A stretch of 42,266 bases of DNA from the NCBI RefSeq assembly GCF_035566355.1, contig NZ_DATMRL010000661.1, positions 1 through 42,266 on the forward strand, written 5' to 3'. The position numbers were made by a program, and so were the translations under genes. Shown here piece after piece: positions 35,362 through 42,266 of the stretch. Under the pieces are notes generated by a model. That model was not told the origin of the DNA. It worked only from the letters and a program-made list of their open reading frames with translations, and ran no database searches. Numbering within the stretch: the first letter of the stretch is position 1; every line of letters begins with the position of its first letter. Source of the stretch: Pedobacter sp. (lineage in GTDB: Bacteria; Bacteroidota; Bacteroidia; Sphingobacteriales; Sphingobacteriaceae).

Positions 35362-37254
35362 TTAGATAGATAAATAAGTATACAATAACAAAGAGATGAT
35401 TCCGGCCACCATCATGAAAATATAGAACCCTACATTTCCAGTCTGCAATAAACGCAAACCTTTACTGGTTTCCGAAGTACCCCAGCCCAAACCATTCACA
35501 ATTCCGTCTATGATCTTACGGTCAACGATTTTGTAGAAGAACGTAGAAAACGCATCCAGCGGCCTCCTGATGATCAGATCGTAAAGTTCATCAATATAAA
35601 ATTTATGGTAGGAAAGATTTGCAAAAGCAGATCTCTTTGCTTCATCAGGAACAGGTACATGACCTTGTTTATTGTATTTGTTGTAAGCTATAGCGATCGA
35701 GATCAATACCCCGACTACAGAAACCCCCATCAGCATATATTCTGTAGCATGATCAGGCCCTTCTGCATGATGAGCGATCACCGGTGTCAGCCAATGCGCC
35801 AGCCATTGATTTCCCCCTAAAGATTCAGGGATGTTCAACGCACCGCCGATCACAGATAAAACCGCCAGCACAATCAATGGCAATGTCATGGTCGAAGGCG
35901 ATTCATGAATATGCTCTTCTGCATGATGTGTTCCCCGGTATTTACCATAAAAAGTTAAATACAACATTCTGAACATATAGAAGGCCGTCAGGAAAGCGGT
36001 AAATACACCAATCGCCCAAACGACTTTATTGTATTGATAAGCATGCGCCAGGATTTCGTCTTTAGAAAAGAAACCAGAAAAAGGCGGTAAACCTGCAATA
36101 GCAATAGTACCAATCAGCATCGTAATAAAAGTAACCGGTAATTTCTTACGTAAACCACCCATATGTCTCATATCCTGTTCATGGTGCATTGCATGGATCA
36201 CAGAACCTGCACACAGGAATAATAAAGCTTTAAAGAAAGCATGGGTAATTACATGGAAGAAGGCCCCATCATAAGCACCAACACCAAGACCAAGGAACAT
36301 ATAGCCCAATTGAGATACGGTAGAATAAGCCAGTACCTTTTTAATATCCGTTTGTGTAATCGCAATCAGTGCACCCAGTACAGCCGTAGCCAAACCGATG
36401 ATGGCAATCAAATGCTGGATCACAGGGGCCAGGTCGAACAGCACATTAGATCTTGCAATCATATAGATACCTGCCGTTACCATCGTCGCTGCGTGGATCA
36501 AAGCCGAAACCGGCGTTGGGCCTGCCATCGCATCCGGCAACCAGGTAAACAATGGAATTTGTGCAGATTTACCGCAGGCACCGATAAACAGCAACAGGGT
36601 AATCAATACCACAGTAGAATGACCTGGCATTAAATTCGCTGCCTGAGGAAATACCTTTGAAAACTCTACACTTCCAAAAGTGGTAAAGATCAGGAACACG
36701 GCCAGTAAAAAACCAAGGTCACCGATTCTGTTCATCACGAAAGCCTTTTTGGCTGCCGAAGCGTAACTGCTGTTGGTGAACCAGAAGCCGATCAGCAGGT
36801 AAGAACATAAACCTACGCCCTCCCAGCCAATGAACATGACAATATAATTTGATCCAAGGACCAGTAATAACATGAAGAAGATAAACAGGTTCAGGTAGCT
36901 GAAAAACTTACCAAAACCCTCATCGCTGTGCATATATCCAATAGAATATACATGGATCAGGAAACCTACCCCTGTTATGATCAGCAGCATAATACTGCTT
37001 AAAGGATCAACTAAAAAAGACAGGGGAATGTGTAAACTACCTGCATTGATCCAGTCGAAAAGGAAGATCTCATGCGATTTGTTCGCATCAGCACCCAATG
37101 CAAAAAAGATCCCCACGCTAATGGCAAATGAAATGAAAATCACTCCGCTTCCAATAAACCCGATCAGGTTTTTAGATAATGTATTTCTTCCAAGGCCATT
37201 AATTACAAAGCCTAAAAGAGGAATCAACGGAACCAGCCAAACTAAATCTATCAT
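35362..37254 (-). CDS. nuoL: NADH-quinone oxidoreductase subunit L
   Basis: GKSAQIPL.TWLPDAMAGPTPVSALIHAATMVTAG and THAFFKALLF. Confidence 0.97.
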   Translation of the reverse strand: MIDLVWLVPLIPLLGFVINGLGRNTLSKNLIGFIGSGVIFISFAISVGIFFALGADANKSHEIFLFDWINAGSLHIPLSFLVDPLSSIMLLIITGVGFLIHVYSIGYMHSDEGFGKFFSYLNLFIFFMLLLVLGSNYIVMFIGWEGVGLCSYLLIGFWFTNSSYASAAKKAFVMNRIGDLGFLLAVFLIFTTFGSVEFSKVFPQAANLMPGHSTVVLITLLLFIGACGKSAQIPLFTWLPDAMAGPTPVSALIHAATMVTAGIYMIARSNVLFDLAPVIQHLIAIIGLATAVLGALIAITQTDIKKVLAYSTVSQLGYMFLGLGVGAYDGAFFHVITHAFFKALLFLCAGSVIHAMHHEQDMRHMGGLRKKLPVTFITMLIGTIAIAGLPPFSGFFSKDEILAHAYQYNKVVWAIGVFTAFLTAFYMFRMLYLTFYGKYRGTHHAEEHIHESPSTMTLPLIVLAVLSVIGGALNIPESLGGNQWLAHWLTPVIAHHAEGPDHATEYMLMGVSVVGVLISIAIAYNKYNKQGHVPVPDEAKRSAFANLSYHKFYIDELYDLIIRRPLDAFSTFFYKIVDRKIIDGIVNGLGWGTSETSKGLRLLQTGNVGFYIFMMVAGIISLLLYTYLSI

Positions 37255-37276
37255 TTTATAATTCTATTCTTAATAA

Positions 37277-37606
37277 TTACCACTTAAGGCGATTCAATAC
37301 ATTAACATCAGTAGACTGGGTATTCCTGTAGACCATTACAATAATACTCAGGCCCACAGCAACCTCGGCGGCTGCAAGTGCCATAATAAAAAACACGAAT
37401 ACCTGTCCTGAGGGATCGTTACTGTGTACCGAAAAAGCGGTCAGCAGTAAATTAACTGCATTCAGCATCAACTCCACCGACATAAAAATCACAATGGCAT
37501 TTCTGCGGGTCAATACCCCAACAACACCAATCGTGAAAATAATAGCGCTCAGCCAGATGTAATGGTTAAGCGGCACTCCCTGCAATGTTTGCGTTAGATT
37601 TCCCAC
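37277..37606 (-). CDS. nuoK: NADH-quinone oxidoreductase subunit K
   Basis: RRN....MSVELMLNA and AAAEVAVGL; GTG start overlaps the nuoJ stop. Confidence 0.93.
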   Translation of the reverse strand: MGNLTQTLQGVPLNHYIWLSAIIFTIGVVGVLTRRNAIVIFMSVELMLNAVNLLLTAFSVHSNDPSGQVFVFFIMALAAAEVAVGLSIIVMVYRNTQSTDVNVLNRLKW

Positions 37607-38103
37607 TATACTTTTTCTTTTTTAGTTAACAATACCGCTCCTACCATCGCTGTCAGCAATAAAATGGAAGACAATTCAAATGGAAGCATAAACGGACCAA
37701 ATAATTCTTTACCCAGGTTTTTCACCAGACCCAGGTCCGGGTTCTGCAAAACCAGCGGATTAGAAAGTGTCGTTGCTTTGAAAGAACCAATCAGCGTCAC
37801 CACCAGGCAGCAGCCGGCAATGATCCCCACCACCTTGATCAGGTTGGATTTGGATGGTTCGTTTTCCTTATTGAGGTTCAATAGCATCAGCACAAAGAGG
37901 AAAAGTACCATAATAGCCCCCATGTACACGATAAAATTCACTACCGCAAGAAACTGCGCATTTAATAAAACGTAATGAACCGTGAAGGTGAAAAAAGTAA
38001 CGATCAGGTAAAGCACACTGTGCACCGGGTTCTTCGAAAAGATCACCATCAGTGAAAAGAAGATGCTTAAAGCTGCGACTACATAGAATACAGATGTACC
38101 CAT
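37606..38103 (-). CDS. nuoJ: NADH-quinone oxidoreductase subunit J
   Basis: NPVHSVL, VYMGAIMVLFLFV.M and PFEL.S.LLL. Confidence 0.93.
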   Translation of the reverse strand: MGTSVFYVVAALSIFFSLMVIFSKNPVHSVLYLIVTFFTFTVHYVLLNAQFLAVVNFIVYMGAIMVLFLFVLMLLNLNKENEPSKSNLIKVVGIIAGCCLVVTLIGSFKATTLSNPLVLQNPDLGLVKNLGKELFGPFMLPFELSSILLLTAMVGAVLLTKKEKV

Positions 38104-38136
38104 TTATTATTTTGTTTTAAAGCCGTTTAAAAGCGA

Positions 38137-38144
38137 CAAATGTA
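38137..38144 (-). promoter_or_regulatory. Candidate internal -7 box (TACATTTG) upstream of nuoJ
   Basis: Exact TAnnTTTG match in the 50-nt nuoI-nuoJ gap. Confidence 0.45.
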
Positions 38145-38153
38145 TTAAACTAT

Positions 38154-38654
38154 TTATTTTTTCTCTAATGGTGCCTCTACCAGTTTATCTTTTCCGTAAA
38201 TGAAATCCTTACGCAGGTAATCAGCCGGAACAATAGGTCCGTCTAAGTAAATGGCCTCTTTAGGACAAGCTTCTTCACATAAACCACAGAAAATACAACG
38301 CAGCATATTGATTTCATACACTGCAGCATATTTTTCCTCTCTGTACAGTTCTTTCTCTTCCGGTTTGCGTTCAGCAGCAATCATAGTGATGGCCTCTGCC
38401 GGGCAGGACAATGCACATAAACCACAGGCCGTGCAGCGCTCCCTTCCGTCTTCGTCTCTTTTTAAGGAGTGCATTCCCCTGAAGTTGGTCGAAAATTCTC
38501 TTTCTACCTCAGGATAGCGTATCGTAGCTTCCTTTTTAAAGAAGTGACTGATGGTGATAGACATCCCCTTCATAATCGCCGGCAGATACATACGCTCTGC
38601 AAACGTTAAGGGCTTTTGTTCTAATACTTTCTTTTTACTGGTTAATGGTTCCAT
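38154..38654 (-). CDS. nuoI: NADH-quinone oxidoreductase subunit I
   Basis: Two 4Fe-4S motifs, CTACGLCALSCP and CIFCGLCEEACP. Confidence 0.97.
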   Translation of the reverse strand: MEPLTSKKKVLEQKPLTFAERMYLPAIMKGMSITISHFFKKEATIRYPEVEREFSTNFRGMHSLKRDEDGRERCTACGLCALSCPAEAITMIAAERKPEEKELYREEKYAAVYEINMLRCIFCGLCEEACPKEAIYLDGPIVPADYLRKDFIYGKDKLVEAPLEKK

Positions 38655-38688
38655 TAAACCTCCTTTTATTTTTACCGCTGCGCGGGAG

Positions 38689-39726
38689 TTAAAACTTTTC
38701 TATATAAGCAATCACAAGTCCTGTGACAATAATATTCGCAATAGCCAGTGGAATTAACATCTTCCAGCCCAAATGCATCAACTGATCATAACGGAAACGC
38801 GGAATGGTCCAGCGCACCCACATAAAGAAGAATATAAATGCAAAGATCTTAATGAAGAATACCCCAGTGCCAATCAATGGTCCGATCACCGATCCTGTAT
38901 GAGCGAGTACCCAGTCCATACCCGGATAGTTATAACCTCCAAAATAAAGCGTAGCCATTACCGCCGAAGACACAAACATATTGATGTACTCTGCAAACAG
39001 GTAAAAGCCCAGTTTCATGGAAGAATACTCTGTATGGTATCCACCGATCAGTTCCGTTTCACATTCCGGTAAATCGAAAGGTGCACGGTTGGTTTCTGCA
39101 AAAGCACAAACCATAAACAGAATGAAGCCAACCGGTTGATACAACACATTCCAGTGCCAGCCATGCTGTTGTTCCGTAATTTCTTTTAAACTCATGGTAC
39201 CCGTTACCAGCAATAAAGCGATAATGGATAAACCCATGGCAATTTCATAACTGATGTTTTGAGAAGCGGCACGGATCGCAGACAATAATGAATATTTATT
39301 GTTGGATGCCCAGCCTCCGATCATTACACCGTAAACCCCTAAAGAAACCACACCAAAAATGTATAAAAGACCTACATTGATGTCTGTTACCTGCAAAGGA
39401 ATGACACGGCCACCTATCGTGATCGGTGAGCCCCAAGGAATTACTGCTGTACCGATACAAGCCGTCAGCATGGCCAGACCAGGTCCAACCATAAACAACC
39501 ATTTACTCGAATTTGCAGGTACGATCTCTTCTTTCATGAACATCTTTACCCCATCCGCAAGCGGCTGTAAAATCCCGAAGGGACCTGCTCTGTCTGGACC
39601 TAAACGGTCTTGTAAAAATGCCGCCACTTTTCTTTCAGCATACGTGGAATACATCGCAATCAGTAAGCTGATCCCGAAAATGATCGCCACCAGTATAAAT
39701 TTTTCTATAACAAACGAGATATCCAT
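38689..39726 (-). CDS. nuoH: NADH-quinone oxidoreductase subunit H
   Basis: ERKV...Q.R.GP, QPLAD..K...KE and ETNRAPFDL.E.E.EL..G...EYS. Confidence 0.97.
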   Translation of the reverse strand: MDISFVIEKFILVAIIFGISLLIAMYSTYAERKVAAFLQDRLGPDRAGPFGILQPLADGVKMFMKEEIVPANSSKWLFMVGPGLAMLTACIGTAVIPWGSPITIGGRVIPLQVTDINVGLLYIFGVVSLGVYGVMIGGWASNNKYSLLSAIRAASQNISYEIAMGLSIIALLLVTGTMSLKEITEQQHGWHWNVLYQPVGFILFMVCAFAETNRAPFDLPECETELIGGYHTEYSSMKLGFYLFAEYINMFVSSAVMATLYFGGYNYPGMDWVLAHTGSVIGPLIGTGVFFIKIFAFIFFFMWVRWTIPRFRYDQLMHLGWKMLIPLAIANIIVTGLVIAYIEKF

Positions 39727-40730
39727 TAGAATTTAGTGGTTTTTTCTAGTTCTATTTTATTTGCAAGCTGCAATTTAGGATTGTCCTGAATTACAGGTAA
39801 AGGTTTCATGGTTTCATAGTGATTAGAAGAAATCACTGAAGTATCACTGATGTGCGTAGGATGTTCAATAACCCAGTCTGCAGTCTTTTTCTTATCAAAA
39901 CGACAAGTATTGCAGATGAACTCTTCCACCTCACCATACACATCCTTACGGGCAGTTACCCTCAGTACATCTTCTCCCTTATACCACAGCGTTACTTTAC
40001 CGCTGCAGGTCGGGCAGTCACGGTGTGCATCAATCGGTTTAGTAAACCAAACCCGGTTTTTAAACCTGAACGTTTTATCTGTTAATGCACCTACAGGGCA
40101 AACATCAATTACGTTTCCGGAGAAATCATTGTCTACAGCCGTTTGGATATAGGTAGAAATCTCTGAATGATCACCCCTGTTTAAGATACCATGAACACGT
40201 TTATTGGTGATCTGATCTGCAGTAAACACACAACGATAGCATAAAATGCAACGGTTCATGTGCAGCTGGATCTTATCGCCAATATCTATGCGCTCAAAAG
40301 TACGGCGCTCAAATTCATATCTTGTTTTCTGCAAACCGTGCTCATAGCCCAGGTTCTGCAAATCGCATTCTCCTGCCTGATCGCATACCGGGCAATCCAG
40401 CGGGTGGTTGATCAATAACATCTCTACAACCCCGCTGCGGGCTTCCAAAACCTCCGGAGAAGTAATGTTCTGCACTTCCATACCATCCATTACCGTTGTA
40501 CGGCAGGAAGCCACCAGTTTAGGCATCGGTCTCGGGTCTTTTTCAGAGCCCTTGCTTACCTTAACAATACAGGTACGGCATTTACCTCCGCTGCCTTCCA
40601 GCTTGGAATAATAGCACATTGCCGGAGGTACAATATCCCCCCCAATTTGCCTTGCAGCATTCAGGATCGTCGTACCAGGATCTACTTCAACAGTTATCCC
40701 GTCTATGGTTACCTTAACTTTATCACTCAT
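39726..40730 (-). CDS. nuoG: NADH-quinone oxidoreductase subunit G (short form, Fe-S domains only)
   Basis: CY....G.CRTC (N1b), HPLDCPVCDQAGEC (N5) and CILCYRC...CPVGAL (N4). Confidence 0.92.
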   Translation of the reverse strand: MSDKVKVTIDGITVEVDPGTTILNAARQIGGDIVPPAMCYYSKLEGSGGKCRTCIVKVSKGSEKDPRPMPKLVASCRTTVMDGMEVQNITSPEVLEARSGVVEMLLINHPLDCPVCDQAGECDLQNLGYEHGLQKTRYEFERRTFERIDIGDKIQLHMNRCILCYRCVFTADQITNKRVHGILNRGDHSEISTYIQTAVDNDFSGNVIDVCPVGALTDKTFRFKNRVWFTKPIDAHRDCPTCSGKVTLWYKGEDVLRVTARKDVYGEVEEFICNTCRFDKKKTADWVIEHPTHISDTSVISSNHYETMKPLPVIQDNPKLQLANKIELEKTTKF

Positions 40731-40745
40731 TGTTGCAGCTATTCT

Positions 40746-42110
40746 TTAATTTTCAGTAGTCACTTCTGCTTTCGCAATCGGGTTGGCATAATTAGCCAAA
40801 CCATAATTTGTATCCAGACATTTAACCGGTTCTTTTACATGCCATTCAAATTCATCTCTGAAATGTCTGATGGCACTCGCTACCGGCCATGCTGCTGCAT
40901 CTCCCAACGGACAGATGGTATTTCCTTCTATCTTCCTGGATACATCCACCAACAGGTCAATATCACTCATTTTACCATGTCCGTATTCCAGGCGGTGCAA
41001 TACCTTTTCCATCCATCCTGTACCTTCACGGCAAGGGGAGCATTGTCCGCAGCTTTCATGGTGATAGAACCTTGCAAAGTTCCAGGTATTTCTAACGATA
41101 CACTGATCCTCATCAAAAGCAATAAAGCCACCAGATCCCATCATGGTCCCTGTAGCAAAACCGCCCTCAGATAAAGATTCATAGCTCATCAGCCTTGGAT
41201 CACCATTCGCTAACTTTAAAGTTAAATTAGCCGGCAATACAGGAACAGAAGAACCTCCGGCCACGGTGGCTTTCAGTCTCTTTCCATTGGCAATACCACC
41301 ACAATATTCATCAGAATAAATAAACTCTTCTACGGGTAAACCCAGCTCTATTTCATAAACACCCGGTCTCACGAGGTTACCTGAAGCAGAAATCAGTTTG
41401 GTTCCGGTACTGCGGCCGATACCGATTTTAGCGTACTCATCGCCACCATCGTTGATGATCGGAACAGTAGCCGCAATAGATTCAACGTTATTCACTACCG
41501 TAGGGCAGCCATATAATCCGGCAATCGCAGGAAAAGGAGGTTTAATCCTCGGGTTTCCCCTCTTGCCTTCCAAAGATTCCAATAAAGCCGTCTCTTCACC
41601 GCAAATATAAGCACCGCCCCCAGGTTGAACATACAGTTCCAGGTCATAACCCGAACCTAAAATATTCTTGCCTAAAAAGCCTGCATTCTTTGCTTCAGCA
41701 ATCGCTCTTTCCAAAATACGGATCTGCGGCATCATTTCACCCCTTACATAGATGTAAGACGTTTTGGCCCCAAGCGCAAAACTGGATACGATCATTCCCT
41801 CAATCAAAGCATGAGGAATATAGGTCATCAGGTACCTGTCCTTAAAGGTTCCAGGTTCAGATTCATCCGCATTACAAACCAGGTAACGTGGCACACCTTC
41901 CGGCTTAGCCAGAAAGCTCCATTTCATTCCTGTAGGGAATCCTGCACCACCACGACCGCGTAATCCTGATTTCTTTACTTCTTCCACAACCTCGTCCGGG
42001 GTCATTTTCAAAGCTTTTTCCACAGCGCGGTAACCACCTTTCTGGCGGTACACATCAAAAGTATTGATGCCGGGTACGTTGATATGTTCTAATAATAGTT
42101 TACGGGCCAT
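40746..42110 (-). CDS. nuoF: NADH-quinone oxidoreductase subunit F
   Basis: SGLRGRGGAGFPTG, NADESEPG, YICGEETAL and ESCGQC.PCREG. Confidence 0.98.
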   Translation of the reverse strand: MARKLLLEHINVPGINTFDVYRQKGGYRAVEKALKMTPDEVVEEVKKSGLRGRGGAGFPTGMKWSFLAKPEGVPRYLVCNADESEPGTFKDRYLMTYIPHALIEGMIVSSFALGAKTSYIYVRGEMMPQIRILERAIAEAKNAGFLGKNILGSGYDLELYVQPGGGAYICGEETALLESLEGKRGNPRIKPPFPAIAGLYGCPTVVNNVESIAATVPIINDGGDEYAKIGIGRSTGTKLISASGNLVRPGVYEIELGLPVEEFIYSDEYCGGIANGKRLKATVAGGSSVPVLPANLTLKLANGDPRLMSYESLSEGGFATGTMMGSGGFIAFDEDQCIVRNTWNFARFYHHESCGQCSPCREGTGWMEKVLHRLEYGHGKMSDIDLLVDVSRKIEGNTICPLGDAAAWPVASAIRHFRDEFEWHVKEPVKCLDTNYGLANYANPIAKAEVTTEN

Positions 42111-42265
42111 TATTTCTTACGTAAGTCCTCTATTAAATCGTCTACCTTTTGTTCATTCAGGTTCTCATAGAATGTATATTCAGGGCCGATCTGTAAGACA
42201 GGTCCATAACCGCATGCGGCCAGACATTCTACACCTCTCCAGCTGAACAAGCCATCAGGCGTTAC
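42110..42265 (-). CDS. nuoE: NADH-quinone oxidoreductase subunit E, C-terminal fragment (runs off the window)
   Basis: Manual translation VTPDGLFSWRGVECLAACGYGPVLQIGPEYTFYENLNEQKVDDLIEDLRKK*; TAATG overlap with nuoF; absent from the ORF track. Confidence 0.93.
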   Translation of the reverse strand, partial: VTPDGLFSWRGVECLAACGYGPVLQIGPEYTFYENLNEQKVDDLIEDLRKK

Positions 42266-42266
42266 T

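Overview
Bacteroidota chromosomal window, most likely Pedobacter/Sphingobacteriaceae (inferred from gldJ, porV, TAnnTTTG promoter boxes and gene content). In order it holds: pyrimidine salvage genes (upp, yjjG-like); a small Wzx/glycosyltransferase/methyltransferase glycan locus interrupted by a rhomboid protease; an SDR, a PAP2 phosphatase and typA; a DUF1080 protein and an NAD(P)-binding protein; a six-gene peptide-ligase cluster; a Crp/Fnr-YceI-pirin module; ispF-porV divergent from gldJ with no porU between them; a mixed dedA-ppa-CNNM-rsmE-DUF4159-BCCP run; and nuoE(partial)-nuoN of complex I. Two things stand out. First, the 15.6-21.6 kb cluster combines three different ATP-dependent amide ligases (RimK-like ATP-grasp, YbdK/GCS2, circularly permuted ATP-grasp) with a class I glutamine amidotransferase and two esterases. 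It is a candidate uncharacterised gamma-glutamyl-peptide or peptide-tagging system. Second, the typA/DUF1080 intergenic region holds two inverted copies of a 95-nt self-folding element with compensatory changes and GNA/GNRA mini-hairpins, flanking a 26-codon hydrophobic ORF. No transposase, integrase, rRNA, tRNA or CRISPR array was recognised. All family calls come from motif recognition by eye, not database searches.
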